From positions 6,198 through 70,197 of the forward strand of contig JBJXHH010000131.1 in the NCBI GenBank assembly GCA_046160675.1: DNA of 64,000 bases. The letters run 5' to 3'. The notes beneath the pieces were generated by a model. That model worked only from the letters and a program-made list of their open reading frames with translations. It was not told the DNA's origin and searched no databases. How positions within the stretch are numbered: the stretch's first letter is position 1; each line of letters starts with the position of its first letter. The stretch comes from Chitinophagales bacterium. Its GTDB lineage: Bacteria > Bacteroidota > Bacteroidia > Chitinophagales > BACL12. Shown piece after piece: positions 28,023 to 37,895 of this stretch. The position numbers and the translations under genes were made by a program.

Positions 28023-29858
28023 ATGAGAAAATTATTTCTTGTTTTTTTAGTTGCATCCATCAGTTTATCTTCTTGTAAGGAGAGCACAACATCACAAAAA
28101 ACTGACCATACTGCTATACAGGCAATGGCACAAAAGTATCTTGATGCTTATAATACTGAGTATCAGAAACTTTATTACGCTTCTGCTGAAGGGCAGTGGC
28201 AATTGAACACAAAAATTGTGGAGGGAGATTCAACAGCTTCAAAAAATGCTGCTGTGGCTGATGAAGCATTTGCAAAATTTACCGGAAGTATTGCAAATAT
28301 TGACAGTGCAAAAAAATATATCGCCCTAAAAGATAAACTCACCCCGCTGCAGGCAAAACAGTTTGAATACATTCTTTACTTTGCCGGGAACAATCCGGAA
28401 ACTGCTGGAGATGTTGTGAAGAAAAGAATTGAAGCTACCAATGCGCAAGTAGAGAAACTGTATGGCTTCAAATATATGCTCGACGGCAAACAGGTTACTA
28501 CAAATGACCTTGATAAGATTCTTCGGGAGTCAAATAATTTGAATGACAGATTAAATGCATGGACCACCAGCAAAGAAGTAGGCAAACCATTAAAAAGTGG
28601 GCTTACTGAACTTCAGCAATTGCGCAATGCAAGTGTTACCCCACTGGGCTATTCCGATTATTTTTCATACCTGGCAAGTGAATATGGTATGAGCAGCGAT
28701 GAAATGCTGGAACTTACGAGAAGTATGATAAGTGATGTGTGGCCACTGTACAGGGAATTGCATACATGGGCAAGGCATGAGCTTGCTAAAAAATATAATG
28801 AGCCCGTGCCTGAATACCTTCCGGCGCATTGGCTGCCAAACCGCTGGGGGCAGGACTGGACAGCAATGGTGCAGGTAGAAGGTTTAAACATTGACCCGGC
28901 ACTGGAAAAAAATGGAGCTGAATGGGTAATGAAAAAAGGTGAAGAATTCTGGATGAGTTTAGGTTTTCCTGCTTTGCCACAAAGTTTTTATGAAAAATCT
29001 TCACTGTATCCTTTGCCTCCTGATGCAGGGTACTCAAAAAATAATCATGCAAGTGCATGGCATCTTGATCTTGGCACTGATGTTCGTTCACTTATGAGTG
29101 TGGAACCTAATACTGACTGGTGGAGTACTGTATTACATGAACTCGGACATATATACTACTTCATTGAATACACAAACCCTGATGTGCCTCTTGTTTTGCG
29201 CACAGGTGCTAACAGGGGTTATCATGAAGCATTTGGTAGCATGATAGGTTTGGCAAGTTTACAGAAACCTTTGTTACAAAGCCTGGGGTTGGTAGAAGAA
29301 GGCGTACAAACAAATGATACTTTAAAACTGCTGAGTGAATCTTTAGATTTTATTGTTCATATTCCCTGGGGAAGTGGAACAATGACAGAGTTTGAATATA
29401 ATCTCTATGCAAATAATCTTTCTCCTGATCAGTACAACGCAAAATGGTGGGAGTTGGCAAAAAAATACCAGGGCATAGTTCCACCAACAGACAGATCAGA
29501 TGCGGAAGGCTATTGTGATGCTGCTACAAAAACACATATTAATGATGACCCGGCGCAATATTATGATTATAGTATAAGTAATGTGTTGCTGTTTCAGTTT
29601 CATGTGTACATTGCCAATAATATTTTAAAACAAGACCCGAAAGCAACCAACTATTGGGGCAGCAAAGAAACTGGCGATTTCCTGCGCAAAGTGATGCGTC
29701 CGGGCGCAACAGTAGAATGGCGAGAACATTTAAAAAACTCCATTGGCAGCGAAATGAGCGCCAAGCCTATGCTGGATTATTTCTCCACTTTGATGGAATA
29801 CTTGCAAAAACAAAACGTCGGGAGAACGCATACTTTACCTGAGAAACCAAACTTCTAA
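28023..29858 (+). CDS. M2-family zinc metallopeptidase (angiotensin-converting-enzyme-like peptidyl-dipeptidase), lipoprotein
   Basis: 611 aa with signal/lipobox SLSSC. Zinc motif HELGH at 29136-29150 within TVLHELGHIYYF, and third-ligand region GYHEAFGSMIG. These parallel ACE motifs HHEMGH and HEAIGD. Confidence 0.8.
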   Translation: MRKLFLVFLVASISLSSCKESTTSQKTDHTAIQAMAQKYLDAYNTEYQKLYYASAEGQWQLNTKIVEGDSTASKNAAVADEAFAKFTGSIANIDSAKKYIALKDKLTPLQAKQFEYILYFAGNNPETAGDVVKKRIEATNAQVEKLYGFKYMLDGKQVTTNDLDKILRESNNLNDRLNAWTTSKEVGKPLKSGLTELQQLRNASVTPLGYSDYFSYLASEYGMSSDEMLELTRSMISDVWPLYRELHTWARHELAKKYNEPVPEYLPAHWLPNRWGQDWTAMVQVEGLNIDPALEKNGAEWVMKKGEEFWMSLGFPALPQSFYEKSSLYPLPPDAGYSKNNHASAWHLDLGTDVRSLMSVEPNTDWWSTVLHELGHIYYFIEYTNPDVPLVLRTGANRGYHEAFGSMIGLASLQKPLLQSLGLVEEGVQTNDTLKLLSESLDFIVHIPWGSGTMTEFEYNLYANNLSPDQYNAKWWELAKKYQGIVPPTDRSDAEGYCDAATKTHINDDPAQYYDYSISNVLLFQFHVYIANNILKQDPKATNYWGSKETGDFLRKVMRPGATVEWREHLKNSIGSEMSAKPMLDYFSTLMEYLQKQNVGRTHTLPEKPNF

Positions 29859-29877
29859 TTTAAAAAACTATACTTCG

Positions 29878-29918
29878 ATACCCTCTGATTATTTTTCATT
29901 CAGGGGGTATTAATTTTT
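29878..29918 (+). terminator. Rho-independent terminator
   Basis: 11-bp stem ataccctctga / tcagggggtat (one G-U pair), followed by taattttt. Confidence 0.65.
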
Positions 29919-29923
29919 GTGGA

Positions 29924-30714
29924 ATGTCGGGAAGTTTTGAAAATATCCTTGATAAACCTATCCTAAAACAGGAGGCAGGGGTAATTTTTATAAACAACCC
30001 GGTTGAAGCGTTTGAAAAATTATACCTGGATGTAAGAAGGGCAGAGGGGTGGTTTTATGAGGAGAGAGAAATAATAAATCTTCCTGATGTAAAAATTGAC
30101 GATCTGCACAAACCTCTCTGGGATATAAGAAAAAAGTCAGCTGATGATTTTATAAAATATATCTCTGAGATGAAAAACATGAATTCTTTGTTGGATATAG
30201 GTTGTGGAAACGGGTGGCTTACAAACAAGGTTGCCAAAGCAAAACCCGGAGCTTTAGTTGCGGGAATTGATATCATTGCAACTGAGTTGCAACTTGCCGC
30301 AAAAGTATTTCAGAAAGAAGGCATCAACTGGATTTGTGGAGATGTGATGAAAGATATTTTCAGGAAAGAGAGTTTTGACATTATCCTGTTAGGCGCACCG
30401 CTCAATATTTTCCTGATTTCAGGAAATTGATAAATCAACTGTTTCAATACCTAAAACCGGATGGTGAGATACATGTTATTGATACGCCGTTTTATTCAAC
30501 TTCAAAAGCAGGGAAAGCCAAGATGAGAACCCAGATTTATTATGAATCAATTGGTTTTCTCATAATGGAAAACAACTATCATCATAGGTTGTGTGCAGAG
30601 TTGAGGGGCTATCAAATTCAGTTTTTTTATAAGCCGAGTTTTCTGAAACGGATAGACTATGCAATGAGGAGAAAAATATATAAGCCGTTTCCATGGATAG
30701 TGATAAAAAAGTAA
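29924..30714 (+). pseudogene. Class I SAM-dependent methyltransferase interrupted by a frameshift (or a sequencing error)
   Basis: ORF 29924-30430 carries motif I LLDIGCGNGWLT and ends FDIILLGAPLNIFLISGN*. ORF 30427-30714 continues the family in another frame. Reading frame 1 from 30403 gives QYFPDFRKLINQLFQYLKPDGEIHVIDTPFY. Confidence 0.7.
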
Positions 30715-30730
30715 AATTTAATTAACGTAC

Positions 30731-33166
30731 TTATTTCCCGGCTACTTGTTGTAATTGCCTGAATGTCTCCAGCCCGCATTGCAGAAAGCCGATGTACTCA
30801 CTTACATCTGGAGTATAGGCAGTTGGTTTGTTTAATACTTTTCCGTCAGCAGAAAGTAAAGCATAGTAAGGTTGTGAATTAGTGCCGAATTCTTTTGCCT
30901 GGAGATCGCCCCACTTAGCACCTATGTTTCGTACTTTTTGCCCAGAATATTCTGAAATATATTGTTCTTCCATGCGCAGTGCAGTTTTATCATCAACATA
31001 TAAACTCACCAACACATAATCTTCACTTATCAATTTATAAACCTCAGTTTCAGGCCATACATTTTCTTCCATCTTTCGACAGTTCACACAAGTGTAGCCT
31101 GTAAAATCTATCAAGATAGGTTTATTCACTTCATTTGCATAAGCAATTGCTTCATCAAGATCGTGAAAACAATTTAAACCCAGCGGGCAGTCAATACCGT
31201 TATCATAAATGCTGTACCACTTGGGTGGAAGAAATCCGCTGAGAAGAGGAGCCGTACCAGTTTTTGTAAGTCCTTGCGCAAAATATACCGCACTACTCAA
31301 AAATAATATTGCAAATAAACTCCTTGCAATGCCGAACTTTACTTTTTTATTGTCATGCGGAAAACGGATAATACCAACAACATACAGAAAAGCAAGCAGG
31401 GAAATAAGTACCCAAATTCCAAGGAAAATCTCATATTTAATTATTTCCCAGTGATAAGCCATATCAACGTTGCTTAAAAATTTCAGGGCAAAAGCAAGTT
31501 CAATAAATGCAAAAATGATCTTCACTTCATTGAGCCAGCCTCCGCTTTTCGGCAGTTTGTTCAGCAATTGCGGAAACAATGCCAAAAGGGTAAAAGCAAG
31601 GGCAAATGCAACACCAAAGCCCACCATGCCTGCACTTAATGCGGCGCCACCATCTTTTAAACTGTTTGCCAACAGGGAGCCAAGGATGGGTCCTGTGCAA
31701 GAAAATGAAACGATACAAAGTGTAAGTGCCATGAAAAATATTCCGAGTAGGCCTCCAACATCACTTGCGCTGTCAGCTTTGTTTGCCCACCGGCTGGGTA
31801 ATTTTATTTCAAATAAACCGAAGAGAGATAATGCAAATAAAATGAATACTGCGAAGAAGATAAGGTTTACAATGTTGTTTGATGCGAATGCATTGAGTTT
31901 ATCTCCTGATAAACCAAACAATAAGAAGGGCAGCGAGGCAATAAAATAAACTAGTATAATACTCAACCCATAGAACGATGCTTCGAAAATTCCTTTACGC
32001 CTGTTTCCTGACCTTTTTGTAAAAAAGGAAATGGTAAAAGGGATCATTGGGAAAGTACATGGCATAATCAAACCGATTAAACCACCAATGAATCCCAAAA
32101 TAAATGTACTGAACAAACTTTTATTTCTGGCATCTGTAATTTGACCGCTTACATACCCTTCACATTGTGCATTGTTTGCATAGGCTGTGTCAATCTTAAA
32201 ATCTGCAGAAAAAATATTTTGAGTGGTGGGAGTTGTGTCTATACTAGGTATGATCTCGGCAATTGTTTCACCATCTAATTTTAAATTAAAATCTTTTTGA
32301 CCGTAAAGGCATTGAGAAGCGTCGCAAACCTGGTAGTCAATAAAACCACTGATAACTGCATTGGGCGAATCAACTTGTATTTTCTGGCGGAGCTCTACTT
32401 TCCTGTGATAATATTTCAGGACCTTGTTTTCAAAAAGAGGTTCAGCTTTTGTTTCCAATTCACCGATTTCTTCCACTTTGCCCACAAGCTGATATGTACT
32501 CACCTGCGATTCAAAATTCACTTTCATTGGTTGGGCTCCTCCCTTTGGTGAATTTTGAGAATACAGTTTCCAGGTTGGGCTTATTTCTGCTTTGAATTTC
32601 AACCAATATTCTTTATCTGAAATTTTCTCTGTGCTGATGTTCCATTTTACAGGATTCTTCTCTTTTGAATAATCTATCGATGGGTCTATATTTTCACCTG
32701 AAGTTTTTTCTGCTGTAAGGGTAAAACTGAAATCGTAAGTAGGGTTTATGCATACATTACTACAGGTCATGTAATCGAGATAACCTGTTATTGTTACATC
32801 TTTTGTGATCTTAAGTTTTTGTCGAAGCGTTAGCCGCTTTTTATAGAATTTTATTACCTGGTTGTCGAAAAATTCATCCACCTCCTCTTCCATTCTTCCC
32901 AATTCTTCCATTTCCCCCACTAGTTCAACACCCTCAGGTAAACTTTCGAAAACAAGGGTGGTTGGAAGGGGCCCATTTTCAGGAACATCTTTAGAATATA
33001 CTTTCCATCCTTCTTCAATGGATGCCTTGAATATTAAAGTATATTCGTTCAACCCTGTAGCAGATTGAGAGATTTCCCATTGTACAGGCTCAAGAATTTG
33101 CGCATCAGCTTTTTGCAAGATGAAACAAAAGAAAACTAAAACAGCAGCAAATACTCTTTTTAGCAT
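30731..33166 (-). CDS. DsbD-family thiol:disulfide reductase with duplicated N-terminal domain
   Basis: 811 aa with a signal peptide and two tandem DsbD-alpha-like domains, each with a Cys pair (MTCSNVC, QVCDASQC). The TM core has MPCTFP and FSCTGP cysteines. C-terminal thioredoxin fold with CVNC. Confidence 0.85.
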   Translation of the reverse strand: MLKRVFAAVLVFFCFILQKADAQILEPVQWEISQSATGLNEYTLIFKASIEEGWKVYSKDVPENGPLPTTLVFESLPEGVELVGEMEELGRMEEEVDEFFDNQVIKFYKKRLTLRQKLKITKDVTITGYLDYMTCSNVCINPTYDFSFTLTAEKTSGENIDPSIDYSKEKNPVKWNISTEKISDKEYWLKFKAEISPTWKLYSQNSPKGGAQPMKVNFESQVSTYQLVGKVEEIGELETKAEPLFENKVLKYYHRKVELRQKIQVDSPNAVISGFIDYQVCDASQCLYGQKDFNLKLDGETIAEIIPSIDTTPTTQNIFSADFKIDTAYANNAQCEGYVSGQITDARNKSLFSTFILGFIGGLIGLIMPCTFPMIPFTISFFTKRSGNRRKGIFEASFYGLSIILVYFIASLPFLLFGLSGDKLNAFASNNIVNLIFFAVFILFALSLFGLFEIKLPSRWANKADSASDVGGLLGIFFMALTLCIVSFSCTGPILGSLLANSLKDGGAALSAGMVGFGVAFALAFTLLALFPQLLNKLPKSGGWLNEVKIIFAFIELAFALKFLSNVDMAYHWEIIKYEIFLGIWVLISLLAFLYVVGIIRFPHDNKKVKFGIARSLFAILFLSSAVYFAQGLTKTGTAPLLSGFLPPKWYSIYDNGIDCPLGLNCFHDLDEAIAYANEVNKPILIDFTGYTCVNCRKMEENVWPETEVYKLISEDYVLVSLYVDDKTALRMEEQYISEYSGQKVRNIGAKWGDLQAKEFGTNSQPYYALLSADGKVLNKPTAYTPDVSEYIGFLQCGLETFRQLQQVAGK

Positions 33167-33266
33167 ATGGCGCTTTAAAATTTAGTGAGCAAAATTAAGG
33201 GTTTGGTTGCAGGTATATTTTGTAAACGTCAGATTGCTTACAATATTTTTACTGTAAATTGACCTT

Positions 33267-33980
33267 TTATACAGCAACAGGGGCTTTAACTTTTGCCAGG
33301 AAAGATGCGAAAATGAGCCTGCCATCTGTATTCCCCAGCATTTCTTCACTTGCCCTTTCAGGATGGGGCATCATACCGAATACATTGCGCCCGGCATTGC
33401 ATATTCCTGCAATATTATAGGTGGCACCGTTTGGGTTCGCATCGTCAGTAATGTTACCGTTTTCATCACAATAACGGAAAATGATCTGGTCTTTTTCTTT
33501 AAGTTCTTTTAACGTTTTTGCGTCACAGTAATATCTTCCTTCGCCGTGAGCGATAGGAATTTTTAAAGGAGTGTTTAGGGGAATATTTTGATTTATGTTG
33601 CTTGCATTATTCTCTGTACAGAGAAATACATTTTTGCAAATGAATTGCTGGGTTGCATTTTCCAGAAGAACTCCTGGCAGTAATCCGGCTTCACATAAAA
33701 TTTGAAATCCGTTACAGATTCCCCATGCATAACCGCCCTTGTTACAATGTTCTATTACCTGCTGCATAATAGGTGAAAACCTTGCAATACTCCCGGTACG
33801 CAACGCATCACCGTATGAAAAACCACCGGGCAGCATGATACAATCTGCAGTGGTTAAACCACCTAGGTCATGTTGTTTATGAAAGAGCTCAATAACCTCG
33901 CAGTTCATCACATTCCGCAAAACATGAATGAGGTCCTGATCACAATTAGAGCCTGGAAAAGTTACAACACCGAATTTCAT
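33267..33980 (-). CDS. purQ: Phosphoribosylformylglycinamidine synthase, glutaminase subunit PurQ
   Basis: 237 aa starting MKFGVVTFPGSNCD. Catalytic GICNGFQ and the MMPHPER motif are present. Confidence 0.92.
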   Translation of the reverse strand: MKFGVVTFPGSNCDQDLIHVLRNVMNCEVIELFHKQHDLGGLTTADCIMLPGGFSYGDALRTGSIARFSPIMQQVIEHCNKGGYAWGICNGFQILCEAGLLPGVLLENATQQFICKNVFLCTENNASNINQNIPLNTPLKIPIAHGEGRYYCDAKTLKELKEKDQIIFRYCDENGNITDDANPNGATYNIAGICNAGRNVFGMMPHPERASEEMLGNTDGRLIFASFLAKVKAPVAV

Positions 33981-33995
33981 TGAAGAGGTTAAAAT

Positions 33996-34988
33996 TTATT
34001 CTGCAAAATTAATGTATTGAAATAACAATACAGTTCCCAAAAGCGCAAGGTGGATGATCTCGGCAGCTTCCCTGTTTTTGAGGCTGATAAAAAAATACCC
34101 AACAACTATGCTCGCAGGAAAAACAAGCGGGTAAAGGCTTTGAAAACTAAAAGGATATGTTAAAAATGCGCTAAGTAAAATAAAAAACCCATAAGCTATG
34201 ATGCATGAAAAGTATTTCCTGATTTGAATGAGCACAGTAGAATATCTAGTGTTCAGAAAAACGAAGGATATAATAATCAGGATAAAGGCTAATAGAAATT
34301 TGATGAAGAAAATAAGATCAAAGGTGCTTCTAAAAAACGAAAAATCAGTTGGAAAAGAAAATTGTTTTGTGAATTCGGGTAACTTATCAAACCAGTAATA
34401 GGCTGTTGCAACTAAAAAGTACGTTACCGCAAATGTTGAAAAAAACAAGATTACTTCCCTGAATACAGTGGAACGTAACTGAGTGAAAGCATAAAGGCAA
34501 AATAAAATAAGAACTATAGCCGGGAAGTAAATTAATGTGATGAGAGATAACAGGAAACCTACATCAAAAAATTCTGTTCCAATTTTAGATTTGTTGTACA
34601 TGGTAAACAAAAGAAAAAGGAGCCAGAAAAAAATGAAATTGATTAGAATTAACGGATAAAATGCTATGAACCCATCAAACAAAAAACAAAATAAGTAATA
34701 TACAGCCGCAGGAATAAGAGAAAATCGGCTTGTGATTTTAAAATATTGTAAGAAGAAACAAACCAAAATGCCCTGCAAAAAAATTGAGAAGAGAACGCCA
34801 ATTTGTAAAATTTGAGGTGAAATTTTTTGAAGGCCAAGCCAGTTATTAAATAGTAACTCCGCTGCCGGTGTAGAAACCCCATAACTACCCTGAAAGGGAT
34901 TTTGATAACTATGGACACAAAGCCCTGCAAAATATATAAGCAGAAACAGGAGAGAAACCGGAGAGAGGTTTTGCAATAACCGAAGCAC
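33996..34988 (-). CDS. Polytopic membrane protein of unknown function (at least 8 TM)
   Basis: 330 aa, extremely Phe/Leu/Ile-rich with 8-10 hydrophobic helices. Gaps are 15 nt to purQ and 9 nt from the upstream gene. Confidence 0.6.
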   Translation of the reverse strand: MLRLLQNLSPVSLLFLLIYFAGLCVHSYQNPFQGSYGVSTPAAELLFNNWLGLQKISPQILQIGVLFSIFLQGILVCFFLQYFKITSRFSLIPAAVYYLFCFLFDGFIAFYPLILINFIFFWLLFLLFTMYNKSKIGTEFFDVGFLLSLITLIYFPAIVLILFCLYAFTQLRSTVFREVILFFSTFAVTYFLVATAYYWFDKLPEFTKQFSFPTDFSFFRSTFDLIFFIKFLLAFILIIISFVFLNTRYSTVLIQIRKYFSCIIAYGFFILLSAFLTYPFSFQSLYPLVFPASIVVGYFFISLKNREAAEIIHLALLGTVLLFQYINFAE

Positions 34989-34997
34989 AGCGTAATA

Positions 34998-36482
34998 TTA
35001 GAAAACGACTTTCACAAATGCAATCGTTCGCCTGTAAATACTTGGGATAATGATTTCATTAAAAGAGATTTGTTTGCCTGCTGATGTGCGTAGTTCTACT
35101 TCCTGTTGGTTGGGATTAAATAAACTTTTCCTGTCTAGCGAACCATCTGCCAGCATTTGATATTGCAGCACATTGTTGTTTTGTGAAATATCTTCATTGA
35201 AAATAAAATACAAGCTCTCTTTGCAATTTGCCAGGGCGAATGATGAATTTACTCCTTTATCCTCTTTACTCACTTGTTTTTTACGAATGATATTACTCCA
35301 ATCAATCGCACCATTATTGTTTAAAGAAAACAACAGGAGATCACTATACTCAAAATATTCTACCTGGCGGGTAGAAGTCCTGTAACCGTAATAGGGATCG
35401 TACACTGTGTTTTCATAATTCTCCACTGTTTTTTCGTAAAATTCAGCTATCATTAAAGCCCCACCATCCAGCCGTGGAACAATTTGGGCCACCCGGTATG
35501 TCGGCACATACTTCACTTTCTTTTCATCTACACCGGCAATATTATCCAGCATTTCCTGTGTAAAAGTGAATGTATTGTGTTGCATAATGTTCCCGCTTGT
35601 TGCATCTAAAACAAAAAAAGTATAACCAAGCATCGCATCTTTATTGTCTTCCCCTGTTATACCAACAGCAATGATTTTTCCACTTTTATTTTCTATTTCG
35701 AAACTAATTTCACGGATACAACTTTCAAGGGAATCATTTGCATTATGTATTTCTGTTTTTGCAAACTGATTACCTGCCTTAGGCATTATGAAAAGATAAT
35801 GTGCTGTACTTTTTTCTCTCCGGCAGTTATACAAATCATTTCTGAATAAAAAAACAGGATTGCCGTTTTCACTGATTGTTGCTTTTACTAGTTCTGGTGC
35901 AAATCCTTCTGTTGCAAGACTTACAGTTGTGGCCTGAGAAGTATTTCCCTCACTATTTATTACAGTTGATAACAATTTGTCTATCCGCCCATTACTGTAT
36001 TCATATTTATAAACAAGTACGAATTCATCATTTTTTGATTTTATGATTTTGAATTCAGAAAAATTATCGCTCAACCTAAGTGAGGTTGAATCAATCAATT
36101 TTGGGTCGCCTTTTTTTTCGAGATCAATATTATATTTTTGAAGGTTCAGATATAGATTCTTGCTTTCTTTTAGAGTATAAAACTGAAAAATCTCTTCGTT
36201 GATCTTTATCAACTCAATAGTTTCATAATTATCCAGTTTCAATGTAATATCCCTTTTTCTTTTCAGCTGCATTTGTTTATCAAGCACTTCTACTTCGTCT
36301 TCAAACCTGTATTTTTTATAAATAAGCAAGTCCCCGTTTTTGGTTTTACCTAAAATGTCAAACCCAATGAGTTCAGTACTCAGTTTTTCGGGGGTAGAGA
36401 TAAAAACATTTTGGGCATTAGCATAAAAACTGAAAATGATAATGAAGACAAAAAAAATAATATGCCTAAGTATACGTTTCAC
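34998..36482 (-). CDS. Hypothetical secreted / outer-membrane-associated protein
   Basis: 494 aa with a signal peptide (FSFYANAQ) and a beta-rich sequence. The C-terminus ...RRTIAFVKVVF ends in Phe, like an OMP beta-signal. No family recognised. Confidence 0.6.
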   Translation of the reverse strand: MKRILRHIIFFVFIIIFSFYANAQNVFISTPEKLSTELIGFDILGKTKNGDLLIYKKYRFEDEVEVLDKQMQLKRKRDITLKLDNYETIELIKINEEIFQFYTLKESKNLYLNLQKYNIDLEKKGDPKLIDSTSLRLSDNFSEFKIIKSKNDEFVLVYKYEYSNGRIDKLLSTVINSEGNTSQATTVSLATEGFAPELVKATISENGNPVFLFRNDLYNCRREKSTAHYLFIMPKAGNQFAKTEIHNANDSLESCIREISFEIENKSGKIIAVGITGEDNKDAMLGYTFFVLDATSGNIMQHNTFTFTQEMLDNIAGVDEKKVKYVPTYRVAQIVPRLDGGALMIAEFYEKTVENYENTVYDPYYGYRTSTRQVEYFEYSDLLLFSLNNNGAIDWSNIIRKKQVSKEDKGVNSSFALANCKESLYFIFNEDISQNNNVLQYQMLADGSLDRKSLFNPNQQEVELRTSAGKQISFNEIIIPSIYRRTIAFVKVVF

Positions 36483-36532
36483 AAATATTTTTTATAACGT
36501 TGAAAATTGCTGTATGTTATAATTTATATGAA

Positions 36533-37774
36533 TCATTTCTTTAACTTCGGGTCTAACGCATCCCGCATGCCCTCCCCTATCAGATTATAAACCGTAACTG
36601 TAATAAAAATAGCCAGTCCCGGAAAAACTACAAGCCACCAGGCATTAAAATTTGCCCTGCCTTCATTCACTAACGAACCCCATGTTACAGTGCCCGGTGG
36701 AACCCCAATGCCCAGAAATGATAAACTCGATTCAACTAAAATGGCGGATGCAATACCAAAGGCAATAGTAACCAAAGCCGGTGCTAGTCCATTGGGCAAT
36801 GCATGTTTAAGGATAGTTTTGCTTTCGCTATAGCCAAGTGATCTCGCTGACTGAATATATTCAAGGTTGCGAATGCGCAGGAATTCTGCCCTTGTGAATC
36901 GGGCAATTCCTGTCCAACTGGTAAGCCCGATAATGATCATAATATTGATGAGGGAGGGCTTTGCAATGGCTGCTAAACTGATTATGAGAATAAACACAGG
37001 GATGGAATGAATGATTTCAATACTTCTGCTTACAATTGCATCAACCGGAATATGTACTTTTTTCCTGAGCCATGGTATTTTGCCGACAAATTTTCCAAGA
37101 AAAGAAAATAGAAAAATCACAAATGAAAAAATAGTAATGCTCACCAATACCTGAAATATCATAGGAAAAGCCCCCTTTTCAATGGCATCGGTAAGAGTGT
37201 AACTTCTGGTTCCAAATGCATAAAACCAGGCAACTACGATCCCAAGAATCACTGTCCAGAATCTTCCTCTTGATGTTGTGAGATTTTCATCACCGAAATA
37301 ACCGGCAATACTACCCAGGAATAACCCTATGAGTGCTGCGATTCCCATAGAAATAAAACCGATTGAAAGAGAAATTCTTGCGCCATGAATGATGCCAGAC
37401 AGTACATCACAACCTATGGAAGTAGTGCCGAGTTTATGTCTGAATTTTGCAGGCATTTCAACGATCTGCCCTTTGTTATTCTTGAACTTCTGTTCTTCAT
37501 GCGGGCCTTTATAATTGGCATTAAGTAGGTCGGTTTTTGACGGAGAATAAGGTACAGGCGCCCAAATCACCTGATCATACTCTATTTGTTTCCAATCAGC
37601 AATATCAATCTGCAATTTTTGTACTTTCCCCTCTGGCGTTTGAATTTCATAACTTTTTTTGAAAGTGAATGCCGGGAAAAATGTTTCCCCACTTATTTTG
37701 CAGAATAAAGGGCGTTCATTTGCAAGTAATGGCGCAAGTAATGCTAATGCAAGTAAAAACAAAAGAATATACAA
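36533..37774 (-). CDS. ABC transporter permease, peptide/opine type (OppC/YejE-like). The true start is probably upstream.
   Basis: 413 aa from a TTG start. BPD_transp_1 core (EAA-like region SARSLGYSESKTILKHALPNGLAP) and a YejE-like periplasmic loop after TM1. The in-frame upstream sequence encodes conserved-looking ...FRKYAWQQFKNNKPAYISL. Confidence 0.8.
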   Translation of the reverse strand: MYILLFLLALALLAPLLANERPLFCKISGETFFPAFTFKKSYEIQTPEGKVQKLQIDIADWKQIEYDQVIWAPVPYSPSKTDLLNANYKGPHEEQKFKNNKGQIVEMPAKFRHKLGTTSIGCDVLSGIIHGARISLSIGFISMGIAALIGLFLGSIAGYFGDENLTTSRGRFWTVILGIVVAWFYAFGTRSYTLTDAIEKGAFPMIFQVLVSITIFSFVIFLFSFLGKFVGKIPWLRKKVHIPVDAIVSRSIEIIHSIPVFILIISLAAIAKPSLINIMIIIGLTSWTGIARFTRAEFLRIRNLEYIQSARSLGYSESKTILKHALPNGLAPALVTIAFGIASAILVESSLSFLGIGVPPGTVTWGSLVNEGRANFNAWWLVVFPGLAIFITVTVYNLIGEGMRDALDPKLKK

Positions 37775-37895
37775 AGAAATGTAGGCAGGCTTGTTGTTTT
37801 TAAACTGCTGCCAGGCATATTTTCTGAAACTAAAATCGGTATGTTGTGAATTTTTGATAGTTAACTTTTTTAATTTATTATTTCCTATTCATCAT

